IMG/VR virus record: IMGVR_UViG_3300049489_001336
Coordinates: 64,001-128,000 of that record
DNA length: 64,000 bases
Strand: one strand, 5' to 3'
Origin: a virus
Under the pieces are notes generated by a model, which saw nothing but the letters and a program-made list of their open reading frames with translations, was not told the origin of the DNA and did no database searches. The first letter of the stretch is position 1, and each line of letters begins with the position of its first letter. Shown in pieces: positions 38,988 through 49,196 of this stretch. The translations under genes and the position numbers were made by a program.

Positions 38988-39832
38988 TACAAAACCCTCC
39001 TTAACAACGGTTTACGCCGATGCTCAACTATGATTTTTAATTCAGTCCTTGTCTAGGGGACATCTACCCGGAACACTTCATCGAACATTTCGAGGTCAAC
39101 GATGTTAAACACATCAGGTGTCTCATTGCGTATTTCCCGTACCTTTCGTAATAAACGAACACGTGCATTAGCAAATTTAATCGCACTACCCGTCGTGCCT
39201 TTTCCAGTATGCACGATTGGGTAAAGGGCGAAAGCCGCAGCCCACACAAGCTTTTCAGTGTCATTCATGTAGTCGCTTTGCCTTCTGCTTTGGCTGCTTC
39301 TTGCGCGTTGAGCGCGTCACAAATACGCTTCGCCCATTTTCTTGCAACAGGCTCCGTGTCAAATAAGTCTCCAGGGGTCATACACACGGTTTGGCCGCCT
39401 AAACAAACATGGTACGTCTTCATACCATCTTCGTCATCGACGATGTCCATGTAAAAAGGTTTGTTGTCAGCACTCATCGTCCATCTCACTCCGTAACACG
39501 GGGTAAACCGTCGTGAGCGCATCTTTCTCTGACACGAGTATTTTCACAATATCCATGTGCCCTTTGTGCGCTTCTGCGCGCGTAGCGTAGCGCTTCACGG
39601 TTTTATCCATGACGCCACCAAAGACCATGGTTTCGAACAACAAAGGTTTTTCTTGGTTGTTATACGCATGGTTAATGCCCAAAAAGACGGTCGAAACAGA
39701 AAGCCTAGCGTCGTCTGTTTCGGTGTACAGCAATTGCGTATTATGCGTTGTAATCCACTCGATGTATTGCATCAGCGTTACATTTTGAACGGTATCCCCG
39801 TCAAAAGTATAAAAGGGCGACATTGATTCCTC

Positions 39833-40165
39833 CATAGACTTTTACCAGAGATAGAGGCTAAAAAAGGCCGAAGCCATTTAGCAAAACAGCAAATGCCCTG
39901 TACTTGCTCCTGTACGTGGATTCCACTGAACTACCTGATAACGAATCTCTCGGCATGTCTTTAAGTGCACGTAAACTACTACGGGAAGCGGCTTAAAGCC
40001 TATTGTCTCTAATGTTGCCGTATCAGGCTGTTTATACTGCGATAGATTCACGCCATATTGCTCCAATAAAGAATTGACATCACGTATTAAGCGCTGTTCT
40101 GCGTCTTTACGCACGTACACCTCATAGACTTTTACCAGAGATAGAGGCTAAAAAAGGCCGAAGCC
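39833..40165 (-). repeat. identical 43-bp direct repeats (39833..39875, 40123..40165) flanking the 80-aa ORF 39878..40120
   Basis: CATAGACTTTTACCAGAGATAGAGGCTAAAAAAGGCCGAAGCC in both positions. Confidence 0.92.
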
Positions 40166-40168
40166 CTT

Positions 40169-40411
40169 TCAAACATGCACAAATACCTGCGTGCACATCT
40201 GCTCGTCTACGAAGGAATCCAAGGCAGAGACGTAGTGTATGTATTCAAGGCGAGATGCTTTGATAAGCACCCCTTCCTTTTCTGCGTTTAGGTTGTGGTA
40301 CTCAAAGTAAAAGGATTGCGCTTCAGCACAGCCTTTTTGACTCGGCGCTTCTGCTTCATCAATCACAAAGTTTGGATGCCGATCTCCTTCAAAAACAAAT
40401 ACAGCGAACAT
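40169..40411 (-). CDS. hypothetical protein, paralog of 41931..42170
   Basis: M(F/Y)A(V/I)F(V/I)F...APS...C..A.SFYFE....E..G.L..ASRL. Confidence 0.7.
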   Translation of the reverse strand: MFAVFVFEGDRHPNFVIDEAEAPSQKGCAEAQSFYFEYHNLNAEKEGVLIKASRLEYIHYVSALDSFVDEQMCTQVFVHV

Positions 40412-40506
40412 GGCATTTTCTCCTTGTTAAAATCCTATACCAGGGAAACAGGGAGATTTATGAAGGCTAAAAAAGGCCGAAGCCCCTTTATAGGCAATTA
40501 CGCACG

Positions 40507-41436
40507 TTACCCTTTGAGAGTCGTACATGCAATTTCCCAAACCTGGTCAGGGGTCAAGGAGGAGGACTTTCCTCCTTCGAGTCGAGGGCTACCTCCAATG
40601 GATGAGCCACCACCCCATCCGGGTTCCAGTGCCGCGAGAGCAGCCAGCAACGAGCCGGGCCTGCTAACGGGGCCAATGGCCAAGTTCACAAGGTCCGACC
40701 GCTTCGCCACGGTATATGTCCGGGTGCCATCAGCAGCATCCTGGAATAGGATGCCGCCGTCATAACCGTCCTCATACAAAGCGGAGAACCCAAAACCCTC
40801 GCATGTAGCGATGGCGAATTTGTGACCGTTGATAGTCACCGCGAGGCGGTAGTAGTCAAGCACTACAGGGGGTGTAGTACCGAGCGTCACGGTCCCCTCA
40901 ATCAGGGAGGTAATACCCTGAAAACATTGTTCAAGAAGTTCCGGCCATTGACCGAATACCTCACGAACCTTGCCACGGAGATCCGTGACAGGTTTGATGG
41001 CTGCCCTGAAAAACAGGGATGCCATCGAGTTCTCCTCCTTGGAAAGAAGAAGAGCGCCCGCGGGGCCATGCGCGTCAATCGCGCCCACTGCACGGACAAG
41101 GCTCCTCACACGGTCCTCGTTTGCCTTGTGGGCATTGTCCATGAGCCAAAGACTCATGACAGTATCTCCGTCTAGGTCATTGACGTACACAACACGGTCG
41201 TTAAGCCAGCCTGCGCCTCCAAGGCACAGAACGTTGCGCACCTGTTCGCAGGTGCTGAGGGTAACCAAACGAATGCAGTGGTCATGGTGGTCAAAGGACC
41301 AACGATCACCGGGGCCCTGTTGGGGACCTTGAACAAAGCCATCGAGCGAGACGCCTCGTTCCATAAGATCTGTGATACTGCCGTAATCGCCCGGAATGAG
41401 CTTAATGCTGTAGTTTTTACGTTGCATTGCAATCAT
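40507..41436 (-). CDS. putative DHH-like phosphoesterase
   Basis: FDHH, NDLDGD, and a C-terminal GWGGG reminiscent of DHHA1; motif order is atypical. Confidence 0.45.
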   Translation of the reverse strand: MIAMQRKNYSIKLIPGDYGSITDLMERGVSLDGFVQGPQQGPGDRWSFDHHDHCIRLVTLSTCEQVRNVLCLGGAGWLNDRVVYVNDLDGDTVMSLWLMDNAHKANEDRVRSLVRAVGAIDAHGPAGALLLSKEENSMASLFFRAAIKPVTDLRGKVREVFGQWPELLEQCFQGITSLIEGTVTLGTTPPVVLDYYRLAVTINGHKFAIATCEGFGFSALYEDGYDGGILFQDAADGTRTYTVAKRSDLVNLAIGPVSRPGSLLAALAALEPGWGGGSSIGGSPRLEGGKSSSLTPDQVWEIACTTLKG

Positions 41437-41530
41437 GGCATTTCTCCCTGTTAAAACCCTATACCAGAGAAGTAGAGAATTTTTTTTTTTTGAAGGCTAA
41501 AAAAGGCCGAAGCCAATTTAAGGATGCCCT

Positions 41531-41854
41531 TCAGTGTGCGAAAGCTCGCGGCGTAACATTCATTGGCCACTGCATTTCAATGGGACAATCCCCTTTCACG
41601 AGGGGAAGGACGATGCGCCAGTTGGCAGCTTCCACTGCCAGCGTCTCGTAGCGTTGATTGGTATTCTCAATGAGCCGGGTGCTGACTCGTTCTCCCGTAG
41701 GAGAGACCAACCAGGGCGTTTCCCCTGGTCGTATGTCTTCGATGACGTCGAGAACCACCTCAGCAATTAAGGTGTATGTGTCTTGTCCCCGTAAGGACAC
41801 GTCCACCTCAGGGGCATCAAGCACTACCAGCAAACCATAACTGTATACTTCCAT
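41531..41854 (-). CDS. hypothetical single-gene cassette
   Basis: Flanked by promoter repeats. Confidence 0.6.
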   Translation of the reverse strand: MEVYSYGLLVVLDAPEVDVSLRGQDTYTLIAEVVLDVIEDIRPGETPWLVSPTGERVSTRLIENTNQRYETLAVEAANWRIVLPLVKGDCPIEMQWPMNVTPRAFAH

Positions 41855-41930
41855 AAATCCTCCTAAAACCCTATACCAGGGAAAGCGTTGTATTTATGAA
41901 AGCTAAAAAGGCCGAAGCCTCGACACACAG

Positions 41931-42170
41931 TCAAACGTACGTCGTCACAGACAAACAATGTATCGCACTATCTGGCAGCGTCCTGCGATATTCAATCGAG
42001 ATAAGCCGAGACGCCCTGAGCAAGGCACCGTCTGCTTCCTCTCTTTCCTGGTTAAGTTCAAAGTAGAACGACACTGCTTTTGTACATTCCAGTTTGCTGG
42101 GCGCTTTATCTGCAGGAACCGCGTAATATGAATTGATCATATTTTCGTCGAAAATGAAAATTGCGTACAT
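41931..42170 (-). CDS. hypothetical protein, paralog of 40169..40411
   Basis: Aligns with 40169..40411 over most of its length. Confidence 0.7.
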   Translation of the reverse strand: MYAIFIFDENMINSYYAVPADKAPSKLECTKAVSFYFELNQEREEADGALLRASRLISIEYRRTLPDSAIHCLSVTTYV

Positions 42171-42528
42171 GTGAATCTCTCCTTGTTAAAACCCTATACC
42201 AGGGAAACAGGAGGATTTATGAAAGCTAAAAAGAACAGCAGAGCATATACGCGTCTGCTGTTTTGGCTGGTCATCGGACGCTCACAGCCATATCTAGCGT
42301 CCAAAAGATTTCATTATTGTAGAAATCACGACAAAGCTCTTCTTTTATTGATTGTGCCCTAGAGCTTAGAAAGTACGCACAACCTCAGCTAAGGTAACGC
42401 CCTTTAGCGGCGTATGGCGGGCATAAATTATGCGCGGGCGCTGCCAAAACGCTACAACCGCGCACAGACCAGAGAAGGAGAGGCCCTGATCAATTTATTA
42501 TACCAGGTAAACAAAGAGATTTATGTTA

Positions 42529-42689
42529 TCAAATAAACACTTTAGGTGTTTCACCTCGTGCAAGCGCTTTCTTTAACTGCGCTTCTTGAGCTTTTTAATA
42601 CGCCGTTCTCTTCTGTTTTTAGGTTCTTCGATAATGCGAAGATACTTCGATGAATGATCACAAGCTACAACTCGTACTCTGCATTTCAT
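42529..42689 (-). pseudogene. frameshifted (or -1 recoded) paralog of 42715..42906
   Basis: Zero frame stops at 42573. A -1 shift at T-AAA-AAG (42591-42597) restores IKKAQEAQLKKALARGETPKVFI, colinear with ARKSQEAKAQRAFDKGETPKIFI of the neighbour. Confidence 0.65.
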
Positions 42690-42714
42690 GGTGCCTCCTG
42701 CGGTTATACTTAGT

Positions 42715-42906
42715 TCATCCCATATCGATAAAAATCTTAGGTGTTTCCCCTTTATCAAACGCGCGTTGAGCTTTGGCCTCCTGGGATTTACGCGCGCGTC
42801 GTTCACGCCGATTTTTAGGGTCTAGAACAATCCCTAAGTGGCCAGCAGGGTTAACTTCATCGCGAGAGTGTGTAACGTGCTTCGCACGTTGCTTTCTACT
42901 TTTCAT
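42715..42906 (-). CDS. small basic hypothetical protein
   Basis: Contains PKNRRERR...GETPK shared with the downstream gene. Confidence 0.6.
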   Translation of the reverse strand: MKSRKQRAKHVTHSRDEVNPAGHLGIVLDPKNRRERRARKSQEAKAQRAFDKGETPKIFIDMG

Positions 42907-43179
42907 GGCTCGGTTCCTCCGCAGGTTGTAATTGGCTTAGTTCATAACGAACTTGGAAGCTAAATACGTCTTTATCAAAGTCTACCTGACTTCCTGTGCT
43001 TAGACCAATCCACGTATAATACACTTGTTGATCTACCACGCGTTTAACCACAACCCGCGCATTACCTCCGTCACAAGGCTGCCAAATAGAGCCTGGTTTG
43101 ATTTCATGGGCTTTGAGGAATTTTTTCATGAGGTTATGTCTTAGCTAAAAAAGCCTGAGGGTAAATCAGGCTTTTCGGT

Positions 43180-43614
43180 TTAGAAAAACTCTTTGCCACC
43201 TTGGTTGTATAGCTGCACCAACGCCACATTAAACGGCGCTTGGTATTTGCTCGCCACTTGGTGCGCCACCAAGATGGTAGACGGTAAGACTACCTCTGCG
43301 GCCAACGCAAAGATTTCTCCACGACCATTGTACATCGGCGTATCTACGCCCCGGTCGATGCGCTTCCAAACCTTGTAGACGCGCTTCATGTTAAAGCGCT
43401 TGCTTAGACGCGTATACGAGCTTTCCAGCGCGTAGAAACTACGCCAACGCTCGATGTGTCTTTTGAACTGTTTATACGTGCGAACTTGTAGGAGTTCTGC
43501 ACGGTAATATTTCCCTATGTTGACGTTGTCATCCGAATAGAGAAACGCGCTGGCGCCTACTTTGTTTAAAACCTCGACAACGGGTTTTACATCATAGAGA
43601 CGCACCATGCTCAA
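43180..43614 (-). CDS. hypothetical protein
   Basis: 144 aa, coupled to the upstream gene. Confidence 0.55.
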   Translation of the reverse strand: MSMVRLYDVKPVVEVLNKVGASAFLYSDDNVNIGKYYRAELLQVRTYKQFKRHIERWRSFYALESSYTRLSKRFNMKRVYKVWKRIDRGVDTPMYNGRGEIFALAAEVVLPSTILVAHQVASKYQAPFNVALVQLYNQGGKEFF

Positions 43615-44018
43615 GTCTCAAGTGCTTCAATGCGCTTCCTGAGCTCTTCCTCGGTAAGCGCGCTGAGCTTTCCTGCCTGCTTTTCCGCAAGGACCTCAAG
43701 CAGTTTCTCTTTCTCAATTTTATTGTCTGCGCGCTTCTTGGCCGCTTCTTCTTCTTTCAGCCGCACATTGATGATGTGCTTGACGATGTTGAGCGCGGTT
43801 TCCAACTTGATGTGCAAGTGGTTACGCGCAGTTTCAACAAAGCTTTCTTCCGTGGCATCTTTCAAGGCTTTGTTTGCGGTTTTTGCCACGGCATTGAGAT
43901 TGAAATCATCTTTGGAACGAAGCGGCACATCCCAAAGCTGCTCGACACTGAGCTCGCCTTTGATAGATGAAAAGCGAAGCTTATAACGTGTCGCGTACTC
44001 GAACATTTCAGAACTCAT
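43611..44018 (-). CDS. coiled-coil phage hypothetical protein
   Basis: FE.A.R.KLRF.S.KG.LSVEQLWD.PL N-terminus, then heptad-rich helix. Confidence 0.65.
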   Translation of the reverse strand: MSSEMFEYATRYKLRFSSIKGELSVEQLWDVPLRSKDDFNLNAVAKTANKALKDATEESFVETARNHLHIKLETALNIVKHIINVRLKEEEAAKKRADNKIEKEKLLEVLAEKQAGKLSALTEEELRKRIEALET

Positions 44019-44287
44019 GGTTTTTCTCCTCGATCAAACACGTGAAAAATGAGGTTCCCCTCTAATTGTTGAAACGTACCTACGTACTTTCCAGGATTTT
44101 CAGGGAGCGAATGCCCTGTGCCCGCAACGCGAAAGTAACGGTCTACTTTGGGAGCCTCCGGGTCTACAAGCGCCCAGATACAGGGAACCCTGTGTTGTAC
44201 TTGAACCGTGAGAATCTCCGCTCCCACGGGCATCGTAATAATTACGGAATCGTCGATCGAAAATGGGTACTTGTAAATCGTTTTCAT
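44015..44287 (-). CDS. phage hypothetical protein
   Basis: IYKY.....MP.GA.IL.VQ.Q....C.WA.VDP pattern recalled from phage proteins. Confidence 0.6.
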   Translation of the reverse strand: MKTIYKYPFSIDDSVIITMPVGAEILTVQVQHRVPCIWALVDPEAPKVDRYFRVAGTGHSLPENPGKYVGTFQQLEGNLIFHVFDRGEKP

Positions 44288-46380
44288 GTTCCTACCAACA
44301 CGTTGAACAATCGTTGCTTTTTACCTTGTTGGGTTCGCACGATAAAGGAGTCCTTTTTGGTCGATGAAAACCCCAGGCCCGCGAGTTGATTGTCCGAGGG
44401 CTGGCATTTGGTTTTATCAGCGATAACTTCAAAAACTTTGCGATGCGGCTCTAGGCGCGAGTGCAGGAACTCGTTGTAAAAGCCGCGAATTTCTTCATCA
44501 CATTTAGCGCCCTCCAGCACAAAGAATGTGTGTTTGTTACCCACTGCGTTATCCCCCCAGTAATTGGGACTGAGCATCACAGCGTTGACTTTGACGTATT
44601 GTTCGGTCGTGAGTCCCCATTTCTCTTTCGAGAGATTGGACGACGTAATGGCAGGGTCTCCCACATCCACACGTTCAATACTGCCATTTTTGAGGTAGAG
44701 CGTAGCAACGGTCACGTCTTGACGTGTACGCACAATTTTGTTGTAGGAATAATGGGAAAGTTTACCGCCGCTTTCAGTCTCCACGACAAACCCAGGATTG
44801 CTGGTCTCACGCTGAGAGTAATTATTCACCACGATGCGATACGCGCCGTCGGGCGGGTTAGTCGCCCAAACAATGTTTTCCACAGGCTCTCGTGTGGTAC
44901 CACTGCCTGCGTTCATGTCGACGTCGAGCACACCCCCGGTCCAGCCGCGTTTGTTCCCGAAGTAAATATGTTGCAATGTGGTTTTGACTCCACGACCTGC
45001 AGGCTCATGGATGTGTAAATCCAGGTCGTCGAAGTTGAACCATGAAAGAGATACACGAAGGATGGCGCCGTCGACTTTGCCGCCTGCTTTCTTCACGCGC
45101 TCTTTGATGGAGTCCGCGACATTGCCTCCGTAAGACCATGCAAAGTCATTGGACCAACGAAAGAGTTGCTTGGGCTCGGGATGCGCCGGCGCCGTAATGG
45201 CCATGAGGTTACCCAAGTGCTCTCCTTTGACCAAAAGCTCAAGGCTTTGCGTCTCAGGCAGGACTTTGGACATGAAATCATCGATGCTGATAGACTCAGC
45301 ACGTTCTTCGTCTTTGGCTATGTCACGGGCGGCGTGGGCAGTGGCGTGGTGCATCAGCACGTCGCCAAGGCCGCCACGCATCAGCGGTTTCACGGAACCA
45401 TCGACCCACTTGACATCGTTCACAGAAACGTCGCCAATCACGGCAAAGCGGCGTTCCAGAGCCGCCTCAAGCCCAAGCTCTTCGATGGTTTCCATGGCCT
45501 TTTTGACCATGCCAGGCGTAATCAGCGCGGTCGTACGCTTGTAATTTTGGGGCGCGACTTTGGTTTCAAAACTCGCTACAGCTTGTTCTATATCTTTGCC
45601 TTCCGATAGGTCTTGGACGAGTGTTCCAATCACCGTGTTACGAAAACGCGCCGCAGGACTCTGCGCATTGGCCCAAGCAAAAATACTTTGGTCTTTCGGG
45701 CTACTCTTCAAGAACGTATTTTGTAGCTTTTGAAATTGCTGAAGAGCAGAGCGATGTTCTTGGCCTCGGTACAAACTACTGGCGTCCACCAACGAAAGCA
45801 CCGTGGACACTGCCTCAGGCGTTAATTCCCGAAGACCTCGTTCAAAGACCTGCACCGTCGTACGGTAATTACCACATACGGTGTCAGGCGACGCTACACG
45901 GAGCTTACGCGGAATTTCTTCGGTGTGAAGGTGTCCCCACGTCGTGACCTGTTGGGTTTCTTTGTCGAGAGACCTTGTTTGCACGGCGCCAAACCGTAGC
46001 TCATTGACCCCAACACGAAACAAATCACGAATGCCTACTGAGAGCACCGCGTTTTTCAAGGCTGTGGCGACGTCCGCGTAAAAGTCAGGTCCTTTCTTCG
46101 CGGCTTGGTCCCAGACCGTGTGAAGCTTACCTTTGTCAAAAGACACGACGTTGCCCGCACGACGAATAAACTGCCTGCACATGGAGCAGTCGTGCTCTGT
46201 CTTGGTCTTGAAAATGGGATTGGTGCCTTCAGGAAACGAGGCAAGATAAAGCGCATACAACGCGTCGCCCTCGATGTCGGCGACAAAGGCTTCTTCGGAA
46301 TTGACAATTTCACGGAAAGAAGCAGCGACCCACGTATGGAATTGTTTGCTTCTCTTTTCAGCGACGGCATATTGCGACAT
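44284..46380 (-). CDS. large phage protein with a C-terminal YfaP/DUF2135-like segment
   Basis: 698 aa; LSWFNFDDLDLH..EP...LDVDMNAG....PVENI.W. Confidence 0.6.
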   Translation of the reverse strand: MSQYAVAEKRSKQFHTWVAASFREIVNSEEAFVADIEGDALYALYLASFPEGTNPIFKTKTEHDCSMCRQFIRRAGNVVSFDKGKLHTVWDQAAKKGPDFYADVATALKNAVLSVGIRDLFRVGVNELRFGAVQTRSLDKETQQVTTWGHLHTEEIPRKLRVASPDTVCGNYRTTVQVFERGLRELTPEAVSTVLSLVDASSLYRGQEHRSALQQFQKLQNTFLKSSPKDQSIFAWANAQSPAARFRNTVIGTLVQDLSEGKDIEQAVASFETKVAPQNYKRTTALITPGMVKKAMETIEELGLEAALERRFAVIGDVSVNDVKWVDGSVKPLMRGGLGDVLMHHATAHAARDIAKDEERAESISIDDFMSKVLPETQSLELLVKGEHLGNLMAITAPAHPEPKQLFRWSNDFAWSYGGNVADSIKERVKKAGGKVDGAILRVSLSWFNFDDLDLHIHEPAGRGVKTTLQHIYFGNKRGWTGGVLDVDMNAGSGTTREPVENIVWATNPPDGAYRIVVNNYSQRETSNPGFVVETESGGKLSHYSYNKIVRTRQDVTVATLYLKNGSIERVDVGDPAITSSNLSKEKWGLTTEQYVKVNAVMLSPNYWGDNAVGNKHTFFVLEGAKCDEEIRGFYNEFLHSRLEPHRKVFEVIADKTKCQPSDNQLAGLGFSSTKKDSFIVRTQQGKKQRLFNVLVGT

Positions 46381-46405
46381 ACGAATCTCCTAGAACGCTT
46401 ATCCT

Positions 46406-47044
46406 TCAGAGGTACTTACTGTTAAGCACGGACATTAAAATAATTTGCATGGGCGCTAATACCACTTGTCCAAAAGTGGTTTGGTCCGCGTACATCAATT
46501 GGAATTGAGCCGATACATTAAAGTCAGGGTTCCATGAAATTACTTCGGCCGTGTCGACTTGGTCACAAAGCGCAGGATCGCTAATCACCGAATAATTACG
46601 GCACGCCAATGGGCGATCTTCATAAATGCTGCACAGGTTGTTCTCTAGGAACAAACATTGCTGCTGCATCTCCCACCATTTGGTGCAAATTTTCTCTCGG
46701 TTTTCACCTGCGGTAAAATCCAAGCGGTTGCCATGCTCATCAATATGCGCTTGCTCCATCAACGTGCACTGCTCTTCGAGCAAGACGTATTTCTTTCGTA
46801 ATAGCTTTCCGTGTTTGTGCACCAAATAAAGAGCTTCTCCCAAGGACAAAGCTACGACTTGTTTGCAGCAAGCGCTACAGCCCTTGACACACGTCAAAGG
46901 TGGTTTTTCTGCGTCGTCTCGCTTTTTGTCATAGGTATTGTAGATGTTAGAGACCATCGCGCGCAGTTTGGCGTTGGCTTTTTCCTTGGCCTCTTTTTCG
47001 CGAACCCCTTGTGCCCGTCGTTGTTTACGGTTGAGTTGCAACAA
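46406..47044 (-). CDS. YkgJ-like Cys-cluster protein
   Basis: C.KGCSACC...C.FL....CSIYEDRPLACR.Y. Confidence 0.85.
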   Translation of the reverse strand: MLQLNRKQRRAQGVREKEAKEKANAKLRAMVSNIYNTYDKKRDDAEKPPLTCVKGCSACCKQVVALSLGEALYLVHKHGKLLRKKYVLLEEQCTLMEQAHIDEHGNRLDFTAGENREKICTKWWEMQQQCLFLENNLCSIYEDRPLACRNYSVISDPALCDQVDTAEVISWNPDFNVSAQFQLMYADQTTFGQVVLAPMQIILMSVLNSKYL

Positions 47045-47129
47045 AGTCTCTCCTTGTTAAATGAGGGCTATAGTCTTTTACCGTAGAGCAGCTAAAAAGA
47101 AGGATAAGCACTCTAAGTACGCGCCACGC

Positions 47130-48659
47130 TCAGAAATTCAAGTCGTACACGTTGTCATACTTTTCGCGCGGATACGTAGGGCTGAGGCGCTCCGCGATGG
47201 TCATCAAGATCTTTTCAAAGCTACGGTCATCGCAGCTCAATTTGCTGCACACCCATACGGTGTCATTGGTGTAGCGCTTGAAGGCAACGATCACCTGCGA
47301 GGCCTGGTAAATGCCATCGCCATCGTGGGCCACTGCGCCAAAGGCAAAGTAGTCCCGTCCGTGATGGTCTTTGCCGTAAATCAGCTTGTTGTTTTTCACG
47401 GCGGCGTACGGAATTTTGTCGATGTAATCGGTGGGACCGACCCATTCCTTGGGCGCGTCCATGTGAACCAAGATCTTGTTATGTTTGATGGCAAAGATGT
47501 TGAGAAGGTCGACGTTCATGTGAATTTCCCCTTGTTAAAACCCTATACCAGGGAAAGAGGGAGATTTATGAAGGCTAAAAAAGGGCTGTAGCCCAAACGA
47601 CTCAAGCGGAGGCCAAAGCCATATCAATGTGCCGATGCATCGCTCGCAAAAGTTCCATAGGCTGTTTGTGGTCCACGTTGAGAACTTCTTTATTCATGGC
47701 AAACAACGCCTCTTGGAACTTCTTGTCAAACAATGCTTTGTCCGAGGTAAGTGCCCGTTTGACCATGCGCTTCAGTCCTAGGTACTGCAGCGACAACAAG
47801 AGACAAGCAAACTCTTTAAGAGCTGGCGCGTTTTCTTTGACGGAATGAAGCGTTGCTTGAGTGATCATGGCAATTCTCCCTGTTAAAACCCTATACCAGG
47901 GAAAGAGGGAGATTTATGAAGGCTAAAAAAGACAAGAAAGCCACGGACCGTTCCGTGGTTAATGCAATTGCGCCTGCCGCAACGTGGTCACAGTTTCCAC
48001 CAAACGAAGCACGTTCGCAGCCAGATCGTCGACTTTCTTTTCGTTGTCTTCGAGAACCAGCATTAGTTGTTCCGGAGTCACGCCGACGAGGCCTTGACCC
48101 ATGCTCAGATTGATGACTTTGAGCTTAAACACGACTTGCAGGAGCTGCGTGCTGTAGCTTTTGACAGCGCCCAAATCTTTGTTTTGACAAGCACTGTCAA
48201 GGTGGGTCAACAGCACGTTGGCTTTGATGATTTCTGCGTCGAACAATTGAATGAGGCTCATGGGGTTTCTCCTTGTTAAAACCCTATACCAGGGAAACAA
48301 AGAGAATTATGAAGAGCTAAAAAAGGCCGTGGCCTCACAATATTCAAACGCTGGACCGTAACATGTCAAAGACATGTTCACGCGCGTTGGAATTGTTTCC
48401 GCGCAACGCTCGCAAATTCTCGTACCACACTCAAAGCGTTGCGCCTTATATGTGCCGCACGTTTATGGAACGCAATGACCAACATAGACGTGCAAAGCAT
48501 ACTTGCAAAGAACCACCCTGCGAAGATCTCGTAAGGCCTATTGAGTTCTAACGCAGCTTGGATCTGCGCATCCGTCATAGGTGACGGCGGGGCTTCCACG
48601 TTCACAAATAAGCTGGCGATACTGAGAACAACCGAGAAGGCTGAGGCGTGCTTTTTCAT
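47130..48659 (-). other. four single-gene cassettes (47130..47519, 47602..47868, 47959..48261, 48378..48659)
   Basis: Each starts immediately after a promoter-RBS repeat; the last has two hydrophobic segments. Confidence 0.65.
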
Positions 48660-48739
48660 GGTAATTTCTCCTTGTTAAAACCCTATACCAGAGAAACAGG
48701 GAGATTTATAAAGCGTTAACCAAAGGCTATAATCCAGCT

Positions 48740-49171
48740 ATGTCACATTATGAATTAGGTAAACAGACAGCTTTGGTTAAACTGGGGTTTGTTAAAGCGG
48801 CAGGGTTACAGCCGTCTACGCGAGTCATGCTTTCAGAGATCGCGCATGGAGCTGTTCCAGGTCTTGCGGCAGGGGCAGGTACGTACGCCGCTACAGACGA
48901 CCCGATGCTTGCTGCAGGAGCGGGACTGGGCGTGGGTTCGCTTGGGTATGGCACAAAGCTTATGCTCAATCATCCAAGGAAAAGGGATTTGGACTTTGTA
49001 AGTCGCATGCATAGGAACACACGGCAAGGCTTAGACGATATCAATGGCAAAATTAGAGCAGGCGCTGACCCTGCTATGTATGACGGCGTAAAAAAGATTA
49101 AGGAAACGCAGCTTAAACGGGACAAGGAAGAGATGGATAGACTACAAAGTAAATTACAAGGACTTCTTTAA
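48740..49171 (+). CDS. Gly-zipper membrane protein with shared N-terminal motif, paralog of 5779..6432
   Basis: HYELGKQTALVKLGFVKAA; EIAHG.VPG..AG.G.Y...GLG.G.LG(F/Y)G.K..LN..R....DF shared. Confidence 0.75.
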   Translation: MSHYELGKQTALVKLGFVKAAGLQPSTRVMLSEIAHGAVPGLAAGAGTYAATDDPMLAAGAGLGVGSLGYGTKLMLNHPRKRDLDFVSRMHRNTRQGLDDINGKIRAGADPAMYDGVKKIKETQLKRDKEEMDRLQSKLQGLL

Positions 49172-49196
49172 GAATAAAATGATGTAAACGTTGGGG

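Larger units (their letters stand above)
40412..48715 (-). promoter_or_regulatory. family of about 65-80-bp terminator-promoter-RBS intergenic repeats (starts 40412, 41437, 41855, 42171, 47520, 47869, 48262, 48660; partial near 42495)
   Basis: Minus-strand consensus GGC-TTCG-GCC-TTTTTTAGCCTTCATAAATCTCCCT(G/C)TTTCCCTGGTATAGGGTTTTAACA(A/G)GGAGAA..ATG: hairpin plus U tract, extended -10-like TGGTATAG, SD AAGGAG. Confidence 0.88.

Noticed and set aside
41479-41491. Phase-variable homopolymer in a promoter repeat (also A runs near 34171 and 55790)
   Set aside because: Cannot be distinguished from sequencing error or terminator U tracts without reads.
40412-48715. Integron attC cassette array
   Set aside because: The repeats are terminator-promoter-RBS modules without attC R/L boxes, and no integron integrase is present.
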